From an uncultured virus (IMG/VR IMGVR_UViG_3300029305_005254) (Duplodnaviria > Heunggongvirae > Uroviricota > Caudoviricetes), in IMG/VR virus record IMGVR_UViG_3300029305_005254: a stretch of 64,000 nucleotides of DNA; one strand, written 5' to 3'. This document shows positions 28,458 through 38,651 of this stretch, in pieces. The translations under genes and the position numbers were made by a program. The notes below the pieces were generated by a model. That model saw only the letters and a list, made by a program, of their open reading frames with translations. It was not told the DNA's origin and did no database searches. Within the stretch, counting starts at the first letter, position 1, and the number at the start of each line of letters is the position of its first letter.

Positions 28458-29042
28458 TTAATCCTCCCACTGAACATCTTTCAACACAATACACATAGCA
28501 TCAACAATCTCTTTAGGTGTGTATCCATCACTCCTCATAGTATTTAATGCCTCACTAAGAGTTCTTCCTGAATTATGATACAACTTTTCAAAATACTTAC
28601 AAGTATCTTGCTGACAAGCTTTATATACTTTTTCAGCAAAAGCTATAAGCTCATCTATACATAAATAAACGTTATGTAAATAATCAGCATCCAAATAATC
28701 ATAATCTTGATAATAGAAGATTTTACCATTTTTAAAGAAAATAGAGTCTTGAAACCAACCTCTTCTACATACATAACCTAATTTAAAACCATAATTATAT
28801 TCCATGTAAAGGTCTTCAATTATTTTTGAGCTAACATAATAAAAATCACAAATACTGTCAAAGTCTCCTCTTATTTTAAAAGTATCTAACTTTATACATA
28901 AGTCCCATATTGAATTAGCCATTTCTTCTACCTTTTCTTGGCTGAGCTTAGAAGATTCACTTATCTTTATAGAACTTTTTAATTCTTCTAAACTTTTTAT
29001 ACATCTCTCATCTTGTATTTTAGTTTCTCGTTCCATACTCAT
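28458..29042 (-). CDS. hypothetical protein
   Basis: ORF with GGAGG RBS. Confidence 0.8.
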   Translation of the reverse strand: MSMERETKIQDERCIKSLEELKSSIKISESSKLSQEKVEEMANSIWDLCIKLDTFKIRGDFDSICDFYYVSSKIIEDLYMEYNYGFKLGYVCRRGWFQDSIFFKNGKIFYYQDYDYLDADYLHNVYLCIDELIAFAEKVYKACQQDTCKYFEKLYHNSGRTLSEALNTMRSDGYTPKEIVDAMCIVLKDVQWED

Positions 29043-29055
29043 AATTTTTACCCTC

Positions 29056-29727
29056 CTAATAAATTGTTACTACAATCTCTCCATCGTCACACTCTCTATA
29101 CACCATTTTACCTTTAATGTCTTCATCTCCAACTATAATATAAGCTTCTTTAATAGGTTTTGATATACAATTTAATAAAGATTCTGTAATATTATAAGCC
29201 ATAGAATCTTCTATTCTATAACCTGAGTGTGTAAATTCTATTTTAGGTATATTAACAATATCATCCATTGATATTTTGTATATACCCTCTGAAAGCTCGT
29301 TAACTTTATCTAATAAGCTGACTGAAACATTTTCAATGTTTACCCATTTATAACTTTTTAATTTACTTGGACAACACTCCAATAACACCTCATTCTTTAC
29401 TGGGAATAATGAGTCTATTACAACCCTATAAGCGTCTTCTTCATCTTCTTCATACTCTAAAGAAGTGTATAAAATATTGCTAACTACATCTTTATCAAAG
29501 AAAATAAGTTTGTGTATAATAACAGAATATACACCCTTAAAATTTGTATTTAAATCTTGAATTTCAGTTAATAACATATTACCTATTCTTGTAGAAGTCT
29601 CTAAAGCATTATACTTAAAACAACCTTCTTTTAATATTAAAGCCTTTAAGTTTTTTGATAATTTACCAAAAAGCTCTTCTACACACTTATACTCTTCACT
29701 ATACAAGGGTCTGCTCACACCTGACAT
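29056..29727 (-). CDS. hypothetical protein
   Basis: ORF with GGAGG RBS. Confidence 0.8.
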   Translation of the reverse strand: MSGVSRPLYSEEYKCVEELFGKLSKNLKALILKEGCFKYNALETSTRIGNMLLTEIQDLNTNFKGVYSVIIHKLIFFDKDVVSNILYTSLEYEEDEEDAYRVVIDSLFPVKNEVLLECCPSKLKSYKWVNIENVSVSLLDKVNELSEGIYKISMDDIVNIPKIEFTHSGYRIEDSMAYNITESLLNCISKPIKEAYIIVGDEDIKGKMVYRECDDGEIVVTIY

Positions 29728-29742
29728 AATAATCCTCCTATT

Positions 29743-30120
29743 TTACCAACCCTCATTATCCCTATCATACCCTATACCTAAAGCGTCCTTTATCCTTCTC
29801 TTCCAAATAAAACCTAAAGCTCTAAATAAATGACCACTTTTAAAGGCACACCATAAGGTTACGAAAGTTTCCCACTTTGTGTTGTTTTTACTTTTGTGCT
29901 TGTTACAGTAATCACACATTGTCTGTAAGTTCCAAACATCATGCGTGCCACCCTTCCTTATAGGAATCCTGTGGTCTACTGTAATATACCTTTTTTCAAA
30001 CCACTTGCCACAACCCTTACACTTATAACAAGGCTCACTTCTAAAAGCAATCTTTTTCCCTGGGTTATACTTAAAATAATTTGCCCTATAATCCGGTGGG
30101 GTCTTAGTTCTCCTTGCCAT
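29743..30120 (-). CDS. HNH endonuclease
   Basis: CKGC..TVDHRIPIRKGGTHDVWNLQTMCDYCNKHK. Confidence 0.92.
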   Translation of the reverse strand: MARRTKTPPDYRANYFKYNPGKKIAFRSEPCYKCKGCGKWFEKRYITVDHRIPIRKGGTHDVWNLQTMCDYCNKHKSKNNTKWETFVTLWCAFKSGHLFRALGFIWKRRIKDALGIGYDRDNEGW

Positions 30121-30130
30121 ACAACCACTC

Positions 30131-32974
30131 CTATGTTAAATCTTCAACTTCTGTTAAGTCCTCAACTTCTGTTACCGTAATTAAATACAACTCTTTAGTT
30201 CCTATATCAAACTTTAAGAAATATAAACCATCTTGTAACGATAAAATATAGTCATATATTTCCTGAGCTACCCTATTTTCTAAATACTCTTCCAAAGAAA
30301 TTCTACTTTTTGGTAATTTACTAGCTACCATTTCTATTTCTTTATTAGTATACTTATTGCTTTCTGATATAGCCCTTATATATCTTTTATTAACCCAATT
30401 TATACTTTCTTCTTGGTAGTTATATTCATCAAAATCATCTATTGTTTTAACATAATAAACACCATCATTAGAGTGTTTGGATAATGCTAAACCAACTCTG
30501 TCTTTAGATATATCTAATAAAACAGATTTTAAATCTTCAACACCTGTCCTCAAAGTGCCTACCTCTTTATACATAGGCAACTCATTTATCTTATCAAAAG
30601 GTTCTACATTGCTTTCTAACAAGTTAGACATAGATACTTTATCTTTAATATCTATAGTATAAGGCTTATTAGAACCACCAAATACTTTTATGATAGATTC
30701 ATCTTTTTTCAGAGTTACTATTCTAACTAACTTATCTTTATAATCATTAGTATAAAAGGACTTTCCATCTATCTTTAATACTTTTATAGGATTACCTACC
30801 TTTACTAAAAGAGTAGCTTCCTTAGGCACACAATCTAACCTCTCTAAATCCTTTATATCAGCCTGATAAGCAACTTTCTCGCCGTCTAAATAATATGAGC
30901 AACGATAACCTACTATATTACCCTGATGTTCTAAAGGATTGTACTCAATACCTTGCTTTTTATCTATTAAGCTATAATAGTCAGCCAAAGCACCATCTCG
31001 CATACATTCTTTTTCATCTATATTAAAATCATAGCCACCTGATACACTAACATAAGGTTCAGCAAATACCTGACCTACAACAGAACCTGCCTCATCACCC
31101 CATGCACCTATATAAAGTTTCTTCTTTGCTCTAGAATACCCTACATAAGCTAACCTTGCTTTCTCTATACATACATCTCCACTATCTCTATTAGATAGAA
31201 ATACACTATTCTCTAAACCATTAATGAAAACATATTCCCACTCAAGACCTTTTGACCTATGTATTGTAAGTATGTTTATACCTTCGCCTTCAGCTGGTTG
31301 CATACCACCTAATAAAGCTACATCGTCTTCCTGACATAAAGTATCCTTTTCACTAGCACTTAAGCTATTCCACTTATTCAACATAAGATTTATCTGGGCT
31401 TCTACACTAGCTTTTTTATCTAGAAATCTTTTATAGGCAATGGTAGGCTTGCCATCCGTCTTTTTGAAAGCTTTTACGAAACTTTCACAAATTTCAAATA
31501 TAGATTCTATAGACAATTCTAAAGTGTCAAAAATACCTAAATCTACATATCTGTCGGTTATACCTAAAATCTCAATAGCATCATATAAGAAAAATTTATA
31601 ACCTGTATGACTATACTTACACATACACATAGTAAAATCTTCATATACAGTATCTTCCACAAGTGTAGTGTTATAAGGTATATCTTTTGATGACAGTAGA
31701 ATCTGTAAATGCTTCGTAGTATCATCATTTTTATTGGAGTACAAGATAGCAATGTTTTCCGGTTTTACACCACTATCCAATAACTTTTGTATTCTCTCTA
31801 ACTCTAGGTTAGCTACATCTTCATACTCATATTCAAATATTATCTCCACATCATCGCCACTACCACTCATACTTACGCAATTCTTAGGTATTCTGTTCCT
31901 GTTTAATTCTATAACCTTATCAGAAACAGATACTACCTGTTCAGTTGACCTATAATTATTGTTCATAAATATAGTGTTTAAGTTAGGAATATACTCACCT
32001 AAATCTGTAAGAACAGATGGCTCTGCACCTCTAAATAAATATATACTCTGGTCTGGGTCTCCTACTACAAATAAGTTACCATGGGAACTATACAAAGCCT
32101 TTACCATTCTCAACTGTAACATATCTGTATCCTGAAACTCATCGCACTGTACATAGTCAAATCTATTTTGCCAATACTCTTTTATTTCAGGTTTATTTTC
32201 AAGCATATACACTGCCATCTTGATGATGTCATCAAATGTAAGATAACCACCTTTACCTTGAATAACACCTCTTACCCAAGTTCCTATTGGTGATACTTTT
32301 CCTTCTTCGTGCTCTAACTTTGCTGCTTCATACTTTTGAGCATATGCCTTTACTTTGTCACTATCTGCATTGTCTTTTACAACCCTTTTATAAGCATCAT
32401 AGGCTTTTCTAGATACTGTATCCTTGTTGTAATAATCATACACTTCTTCAGCAGAACTTAAAGGTATGACACCATAAGATTTATCTAACCACTCTATATA
32501 GGAGTCATACGATAAAGCTTTATTTACCTTTGAGATCAAATAAGTGATTAACTCACCTTTAATGGTTTCACTAACACCATCAAAGATATTCTTATTCTTT
32601 TCTAGCCAATTGTATACCAAAACTGGAGCATTTACCTGACATATACTAACAGAATTCCAACCAAAAACACTCTTGCAATCTCTTTTTACCACATCATAAG
32701 CAAAATGATGGTAGGTTGACATATAAAAATCTTCCTTGTTTATACCCATTAAAGATGACAATCTTTCAGCCATCTCACTTGCTGCCTTATTTGTGAAAGT
32801 TAAGCATAATACTCTGTCTGGGTTTATTCCCACCTTCTCGCAAATATAGGCAACTCTTCTTGTCAAGGTGAAAGTTTTGCCTGAGCCTGCTCCTGCTATA
32901 AGTCTGTAAGCACCATCTATAGATGTGGCTGCTTTTAATTGTTCTTTATTTAATCCTTCTAGTATATTAGACAT
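30131..32974 (-). CDS. UvrD/PcrA/Rep-family SF1A helicase with C-terminal extension
   Basis: AGAGSGKT, TFTNKAA, DEFQDT, VGDPDQSIYLFRGA, NYRS, TIHRSKGLEW, LAYVGYSRAK. Confidence 0.93.
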   Translation of the reverse strand: MSNILEGLNKEQLKAATSIDGAYRLIAGAGSGKTFTLTRRVAYICEKVGINPDRVLCLTFTNKAASEMAERLSSLMGINKEDFYMSTYHHFAYDVVKRDCKSVFGWNSVSICQVNAPVLVYNWLEKNKNIFDGVSETIKGELITYLISKVNKALSYDSYIEWLDKSYGVIPLSSAEEVYDYYNKDTVSRKAYDAYKRVVKDNADSDKVKAYAQKYEAAKLEHEEGKVSPIGTWVRGVIQGKGGYLTFDDIIKMAVYMLENKPEIKEYWQNRFDYVQCDEFQDTDMLQLRMVKALYSSHGNLFVVGDPDQSIYLFRGAEPSVLTDLGEYIPNLNTIFMNNNYRSTEQVVSVSDKVIELNRNRIPKNCVSMSGSGDDVEIIFEYEYEDVANLELERIQKLLDSGVKPENIAILYSNKNDDTTKHLQILLSSKDIPYNTTLVEDTVYEDFTMCMCKYSHTGYKFFLYDAIEILGITDRYVDLGIFDTLELSIESIFEICESFVKAFKKTDGKPTIAYKRFLDKKASVEAQINLMLNKWNSLSASEKDTLCQEDDVALLGGMQPAEGEGINILTIHRSKGLEWEYVFINGLENSVFLSNRDSGDVCIEKARLAYVGYSRAKKKLYIGAWGDEAGSVVGQVFAEPYVSVSGGYDFNIDEKECMRDGALADYYSLIDKKQGIEYNPLEHQGNIVGYRCSYYLDGEKVAYQADIKDLERLDCVPKEATLLVKVGNPIKVLKIDGKSFYTNDYKDKLVRIVTLKKDESIIKVFGGSNKPYTIDIKDKVSMSNLLESNVEPFDKINELPMYKEVGTLRTGVEDLKSVLLDISKDRVGLALSKHSNDGVYYVKTIDDFDEYNYQEESINWVNKRYIRAISESNKYTNKEIEMVASKLPKSRISLEEYLENRVAQEIYDYILSLQDGLYFLKFDIGTKELYLITVTEVEDLTEVEDLT

Positions 32975-32994
32975 ATAAACCTCCTAAACTAATA

Positions 32995-33402
32995 TTACCA
33001 ATTCTCAGCTACAATCAAATACAATTCTTTAGTTCTATCATCATACTTTAAATAGTACATACCTGGGTTTAATGATATAGCATAATCATATAGCTTCTGA
33101 ACTACCTCGTTACTTAGATACTCACTAAAAGGTATTCTACCCTTAGGTACTTTGTTTACCAAATCATACTGCTTGTAATCTTCCAAATCCTGGTTATCAT
33201 AAACAGATTCTACAAACTTATCTTCTACTATTCCTAAATCTGCTGCTACAACATAATCTAGCTTATTGTAATCTTTAATATCTTCTATATAATAAACACC
33301 ATTACTGGCTAAAGCTAATCCAACTTTATCTTTAGAGATTTCATGTAATACACTTACTAAATCCCGTACTCCTGTTGACACTGTTCCTACCTCTTTGTAC
33401 AT
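32995..33402 (-). CDS. hypothetical protein, paralog of the helicase C-terminal domain
   Basis: MYKEVGTVSTGVRDLVSVL.. aligns with helicase MYKEVGTLRTGVEDLKSVL..; start at ATG 33402 behind GGAGG. Confidence 0.85.
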   Translation of the reverse strand: MYKEVGTVSTGVRDLVSVLHEISKDKVGLALASNGVYYIEDIKDYNKLDYVVAADLGIVEDKFVESVYDNQDLEDYKQYDLVNKVPKGRIPFSEYLSNEVVQKLYDYAISLNPGMYYLKYDDRTKELYLIVAENW

Positions 33403-33432
33403 TTTAAACACCTCCCATAATATTTATAATAA

Positions 33433-33476
33433 AATTAGTAGTTGCACCAATATAACACTCGCTACAACTACTAATT
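33433..33476 (-). terminator. terminator-like hairpin
   Basis: AATTAGTAGTTG / CAACTACTAATT inverted repeat. Confidence 0.65.
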
Positions 33477-33501
33477 AAAATAATTTCCTATCTAAAATTT
33501 A

Positions 33502-34848
33502 CTAACCAACTACTGAAACTGCAATAGCCTCCATATTCTGCTTCTGTACAGTACCTGGCATCTGGAATCTAGGTACACTAGCATCCTTCCTAATCTGTTC
33601 TCTTGATTTACCCATTCTTCTATTTGCTTCTACTGCGATTCTTGCAATTTTCATAACACCCTGTATAAATACTTGGTCTTTTTCCTCTAAGGCATCAAAT
33701 TGCTCTTTGCTCATTCCTAATTTACCCATATTTCTCTCTATTACGTGTATAAGGGTATGAGCATCAAGGCTTACAGTTATTAGGTTATCCATTGTATCTG
33801 TTCCACCACAGTGTACTGGTACTTTATGATGTACATTTAATATACTTAATGCTATATTTGCTGGTAAACCTTTACCAACTCCTGATATCTGACAACAATA
33901 ACCATCTCGTTGTAAAACTGCTGCTCTTAAAGCTGGGTCTAATGGGTGTCTTTCGCCTACTGTCTGACGCTCATCGTCAAGGTTATTACCCATGAGTTCA
34001 TCAAAGTCTTCTTCCGATAACTCTCCGTCAAAGTTACCACTCATCTCGAGTAATTCATTAACCTGGTCATTGCTTAATAGAGAATCCCCTGCCTTACTAA
34101 TTAATCCTTCTGCCTGTTCCATATCGGAAATACCTTTATTATCTTCTTTCATAAGGATATCTTCTTCTTTACGCAACTTCTGTAGCATATTATATGCCTG
34201 AGCAATAGTCTTTTTATCAGATAATAAATCATCTATAACTTCACCATAACCACTCTGCATAATATCCTTTAATTTCATAGCATCTCCTGGTTCTAACTGT
34301 AAAAGATATTCCAAAGTTCCTGGTGTTAAGGCAGACTGCGTCTCAAGTATCTGATACATATACCAAACCTCTGACCAAGAATGTCTCTGCTTTTTATTTA
34401 ATAACAAAGAAAGTACTGTAGCAAGTTCTACACCCTTATCTTTATCTTTAAAATCCCATATTACTGCATTACACCTTTGTAAACCATTCTTATACCCTGA
34501 CCATACTCTTCTAAATCCGTCCAAAAGTATGTACTTAAATCCTTGGAAACCTTCTCCTGTACCATTCTCTTCAACCCAATCAGCATAACCCTCTGAAATC
34601 ATTACATGAATAGGTTCTAATATTCCAAGTTCTGCTATACTTGTTGATAATCCCAAATAAGTATCCCTACGATGTTTCTTTATAGGGTCTGGAATAAGTA
34701 AAAACTCAAAGTCTACTACACCTATCTCTAAGGTGAAGTCACCCTTATAAAGCTTCATTGCATGGGATACTCGTTCCTCAACTTCAAAAGCATTCTCGTA
34801 CTCACTAAGCATTTCTTGATTGTCTGATATCTCTTGCATCACGTCCAT
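33502..34848 (-). CDS. ParB/Srx-domain protein fused to a C-terminal HNH nuclease
   Basis: LGILEPIHV..YILLDGFRR (ParB-N); VLQRDGYCCQ..VHHKVPVHCGGTDTMDNLITV..HTLIH (HNH); start at 34848 behind GAGGAG. Confidence 0.85.
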   Translation of the reverse strand: MDVMQEISDNQEMLSEYENAFEVEERVSHAMKLYKGDFTLEIGVVDFEFLLIPDPIKKHRRDTYLGLSTSIAELGILEPIHVMISEGYADWVEENGTGEGFQGFKYILLDGFRRVWSGYKNGLQRCNAVIWDFKDKDKGVELATVLSLLLNKKQRHSWSEVWYMYQILETQSALTPGTLEYLLQLEPGDAMKLKDIMQSGYGEVIDDLLSDKKTIAQAYNMLQKLRKEEDILMKEDNKGISDMEQAEGLISKAGDSLLSNDQVNELLEMSGNFDGELSEEDFDELMGNNLDDERQTVGERHPLDPALRAAVLQRDGYCCQISGVGKGLPANIALSILNVHHKVPVHCGGTDTMDNLITVSLDAHTLIHVIERNMGKLGMSKEQFDALEEKDQVFIQGVMKIARIAVEANRRMGKSREQIRKDASVPRFQMPGTVQKQNMEAIAVSVVG

Positions 34849-35476
34849 AATATTCTCCTCCATAATTCTTAAAGTAAATAATATTACTAATAATATCATT
34901 TTTATATAAGATATGGCTGAGAGTCTTAGATTTAGACATATTTACAAAAACCTGAGGCTCTACCTCGTCTGAAACTTCTTCTATTACACCACTTAGATAC
35001 TTGCTTGAAAAGTCAGTTGCTTCATCTGCAAACTCTACCAAATACTCAGCAAAATCTACTAAAGCATATATTAAAGAAGATACACTCTTTATCTCGTAAC
35101 GATAAAAACACTCGTCCTCGAAAACATCTACCATTAAAGTACCATTCTCGTCGTGACCTTCTATCTCCTCTGAGAAATACCCTAAGAATAATAAACCCTT
35201 TCTGTTTACCTTTCTAAAGTACTTAATAGCACTGGCGTTAGTGTAACCTTTCTTAGAAATCTCTCTTAATAAATAGAAAACCTGAGCATAAAAAGATGCA
35301 ATTCTATAATCACCTTTTAACATATACTGCTTAAACTCTCCCCTATACAAAAGGAGTTTCTTGAAATCATAATCAAACTGCTCCTCCCTAGAGAGAACTG
35401 CTCCTTCTATAATAGCATCATCTACTTTGGATATAACATCCTTACAACCATTAATGTACTTACTAAACTTGTTCAT
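34805..35476 (-). CDS. hypothetical protein
   Basis: Start adjusted to MNKFSK behind GGAGG. Confidence 0.75.
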   Translation of the reverse strand: MNKFSKYINGCKDVISKVDDAIIEGAVLSREEQFDYDFKKLLLYRGEFKQYMLKGDYRIASFYAQVFYLLREISKKGYTNASAIKYFRKVNRKGLLFLGYFSEEIEGHDENGTLMVDVFEDECFYRYEIKSVSSLIYALVDFAEYLVEFADEATDFSSKYLSGVIEEVSDEVEPQVFVNMSKSKTLSHILYKNDIISNIIYFKNYGGEYYGRDARDIRQSRNA

Positions 35477-35646
35477 AATATACAACCTCCTATTTCTTTT
35501 ATAATAATTACCGAACAACTTCTATACTACAAGTATATAACACTTATAAAAGAAAAACAATGAAGTTATATAAAAAATAAATAGCTATTGTAATAACTCT
35601 TATACTATTTTAAATATACCATAACAATTGAGAGAATATACTTATA

Positions 35647-35991
35647 CTAACATATTCTCTCAATTGACTCCTTACTCACTATACATTTTCTACACTTTGG
35701 ACAATAGAAATACTTTATATTTATAATTTGGTCTATATCAACCTGTAAAGGATAAACAAACTCCTTTAATATATCAATAGTTTTTCCTCCTTGACATATA
35801 TGCCTCTGAACGACATTTTCAAAAGATTCAACCTGTACTATATCTTGAGTTTGCATATTCATTTTTATAAAGTTAAGTATATCGTGTTTAGTTACTGAGT
35901 GCCTTCTTTGCTGAGGAACACCCATACTCATTCCATTATACCACTGATTATCTTGAGCATACATAGAATCCATATTCCACATTTCATTCAT
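35647..35991 (-). CDS. hypothetical protein with CxxC Zn-ribbon-like motif
   Basis: FYCPKCRKC. Confidence 0.75.
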   Translation of the reverse strand: MNEMWNMDSMYAQDNQWYNGMSMGVPQQRRHSVTKHDILNFIKMNMQTQDIVQVESFENVVQRHICQGGKTIDILKEFVYPLQVDIDQIINIKYFYCPKCRKCIVSKESIERIC

Positions 35992-36005
35992 AACTTATCA
36001 CCTCA

Positions 36006-36701
36006 CTAAATATCTTTTAATACAATATCTAGAAACTCTTTAATTTTTTGAGTTCTTTCTTTAATAGAGAAAAATCTTGTCTCTCCTAATAATATATAAT
36101 ACGTTATATATTTAACATAGTTGTTACTTAACGAACATATTTTATTACAACACTCACTTATTTGACTTGGACTAAGATACCACTGCTTCTCTGGATGATG
36201 CGATAAGTAATCGAATACAAAAACTCTTAACTCTCTTGCTATAGAAGATATACTGATGTTATCTTTACCTCTATCTGAAATTTTTCCTATTCCATTATAA
36301 TCAACATATTGTTCAAAATAATCAAACCGATATTCTTCAATATTTACCCCCAGTTGGAGTTCCTTTTGATTAAAAATATCTTTATAATAATTTTTTATGC
36401 TATTAATATAACTAACTTGATAATATTTTTCAAACCTTTTTGAAAGGACTTTTGCTAGATATAGTATATCACAAAAAGTGGACATATACAGTTGTAATGA
36501 GACAATTAACCTGTCCTCACACCTCTCTAATTCTAACATAACATCACCCTCTACATTTGGAGAGTCTATGAAATAGTTAATAGAGTGAATGTTTACAATA
36601 AAACCTAACCTCTTTAAAAACCTTTCTCCATCTTTAACTGACATGGTCTTTAGATGAGAGTTTAACCCTGCTATAAATTCTTGTACACAATTACGATACA
36701 A
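36006..36701 (-). CDS. hypothetical protein
   Basis: 231-aa ORF. Confidence 0.75.
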   Translation of the reverse strand: MYRNCVQEFIAGLNSHLKTMSVKDGERFLKRLGFIVNIHSINYFIDSPNVEGDVMLELERCEDRLIVSLQLYMSTFCDILYLAKVLSKRFEKYYQVSYINSIKNYYKDIFNQKELQLGVNIEEYRFDYFEQYVDYNGIGKISDRGKDNISISSIARELRVFVFDYLSHHPEKQWYLSPSQISECCNKICSLSNNYVKYITYYILLGETRFFSIKERTQKIKEFLDIVLKDI

Positions 36702-36702
36702 T

Positions 36703-37638
36703 CTACTTTTCCTCCTTTAAGTACTTAGACACTTTTTCAGGTTTTACCCAAAATGCTACATAACCCCCACCCTCTATTATAGGTAAGTTAAATGAATCCC
36801 CAAGTATTCCTAAAGATAATTTTCTATCTGTTATAAATACTATGTCTGGATTATCTGAAAGATAATCTATAATTAATTTTTTACTTAAATACCTTTCAGA
36901 AATATACATTTTCTTTATATCTCGAATACCATAACCTGCATTATACAATACAAGTTCTTGGTCTTCTTGATAATCACATTCAATATCACCTATAGATACT
37001 CTCTTTATTTTGCTTTTTCTTTGTGCTTCATCTGCACTACTCTTGCATAAATAATACCCAAGTATCATTCCGTTAGCATCTAATCTATCTTGAAAACCTT
37101 CTCCACTATCTGTTACACCTAGCATAGCCATACATTTTTGTATCTTTAATTTATCTTCTATTCCTTTATAAAGACCTTCATTATCTATTGTAAACAACCA
37201 ACTCTTCCATAATTGATTATTTACCCTTCTAAAATCTTTACAAGTACATACACCATCAAGTATAAGTTCATCTATTGCTGTATTAATAGCATATAATTTT
37301 CTAGTAACTGTGGGGTTTACTCCTTGGAAAGCATCTTCTATAATTACTAAGTCAAAATCTTTTCCTTCAACAACCTCAGTTAAATATTTCTTTAACTCTC
37401 TTCTTAATAATACCTCTTGAAAGTCCACATCTCCTGTCTCAAGGGATATATTTGCTAACAGTTTTTCTCCTTTGTCATATAAACAAATGCCTGAACTTGA
37501 CTCTGAAATATCTAAGCCTAACACTACTTTATCCTTTGGAATTAAGGTCCATTCTGTAGGAATTTCATAAGAAACTTCAACCTCTTCTTCAATATTCAAT
37601 TCTTCACTGTAAACATCTAAATCTAAAGCTAATTCCAT
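36703..37638 (-). CDS. RuvC-like Holliday junction resolvase with C-terminal extension
   Basis: VLGLDISESSSG, VIIEDAF, QLWKS, DRLDA. Confidence 0.8.
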   Translation of the reverse strand: MELALDLDVYSEELNIEEEVEVSYEIPTEWTLIPKDKVVLGLDISESSSGICLYDKGEKLLANISLETGDVDFQEVLLRRELKKYLTEVVEGKDFDLVIIEDAFQGVNPTVTRKLYAINTAIDELILDGVCTCKDFRRVNNQLWKSWLFTIDNEGLYKGIEDKLKIQKCMAMLGVTDSGEGFQDRLDANGMILGYYLCKSSADEAQRKSKIKRVSIGDIECDYQEDQELVLYNAGYGIRDIKKMYISERYLSKKLIIDYLSDNPDIVFITDRKLSLGILGDSFNLPIIEGGGYVAFWVKPEKVSKYLKEEK

Positions 37639-37660
37639 TTTATAAAAACCTACCTATTTA

Positions 37661-37882
37661 TCACATTTTCATATTCTTGTATTTCTCAACCATTTCTTTA
37701 AATTTAACATTTGCGTCCTCTGGTTTAGCTATTTTATAACCTTCCATCTCTTCTCTCCAAGGAACACATAACATAACAACATTGACTTCATATTTCTTTG
37801 TTCCAAAGTATTCATTCTCGATGGTTACACAATCTATACCTATACCATTCTTTAAATCATAAGTTTTTACTTCTCTTTTCAT
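37661..37882 (-). CDS. hypothetical protein
   Basis: Resembles neighbour (KYEVNVV..PEDANVKFKEMV). Confidence 0.75.
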   Translation of the reverse strand: MKREVKTYDLKNGIGIDCVTIENEYFGTKKYEVNVVMLCVPWREEMEGYKIAKPEDANVKFKEMVEKYKNMKM

Positions 37883-37896
37883 CTTGAATACCTCTA

Positions 37897-38133
37897 TTAG
37901 CTTATATCTACTATTTTAGTCTTTATATCATTTATTATCTTTTTATATTTTGCATTAGCTTCTTCTGGAGTCTTTAATTGTCTATATTCAACTAATACTT
38001 CCTCTAAATCATTCTCTATAACTTTTACAAGTTCTACTTCATATTCAGTCTTATTACTATATATTTTTGATATACAACTTAATAATACTGTATTCGATAT
38101 CTTCTTTACTTGTACTTTTCTTTTGTAAGACAT
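37897..38133 (-). CDS. hypothetical protein
   Basis: Resembles neighbour (EYEVELV..PEEANAKYKKII). Confidence 0.7.
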   Translation of the reverse strand: MSYKRKVQVKKISNTVLLSCISKIYSNKTEYEVELVKVIENDLEEVLVEYRQLKTPEEANAKYKKIINDIKTKIVDIS

Positions 38134-38136
38134 AGT

Positions 38137-38634
38137 TTATTCCTCTCTACAACTATCTATCATAGTCATAACTAACGCATTAAAATAACCTATAGGTCTC
38201 TTCTGACGCTTACCTTCATATACTAGATGCTTAAAATCACCTATATCAAAATTACCCATAGCATCGTTTAGTGCTACTTCCTGTTTTAAACCTTTATCTA
38301 AACCTCCACCATTACTATCTAATGGTAAGGACTTGTAATCTACGTTAAATATTTTACATAAATCGTGAATAGCATCATCTTCGGATAAATACTTCTTTAA
38401 TAATCTCCTACTTACCCTTTGATGTAGCTCTACCACATCACCCCAAAAATTGCATCCAAAACAATGACAAGTATCACCACTCTTTGATGGGATTAAACCC
38501 AATGATGGGTCGTGGTCATTATGTACTGGGCATACAAACATCTTATCTGATTTTACTTTATACCTATCTGGGTTAATAGGTACTACAACCTTTTTATAAT
38601 ATTCTACTATTGGAAAATAATTGTTATAATTCAT
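38137..38634 (-). CDS. stand-alone CHC2 zinc-finger (DnaG primase ZBD-like) protein
   Basis: CPVHNDHDPSL..CHCFGCNFWGDVV; no TOPRIM domain. Confidence 0.85.
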   Translation of the reverse strand: MNYNNYFPIVEYYKKVVVPINPDRYKVKSDKMFVCPVHNDHDPSLGLIPSKSGDTCHCFGCNFWGDVVELHQRVSRRLLKKYLSEDDAIHDLCKIFNVDYKSLPLDSNGGGLDKGLKQEVALNDAMGNFDIGDFKHLVYEGKRQKRPIGYFNALVMTMIDSCREE

Positions 38635-38651
38635 ACAACCAACCTCATTAT

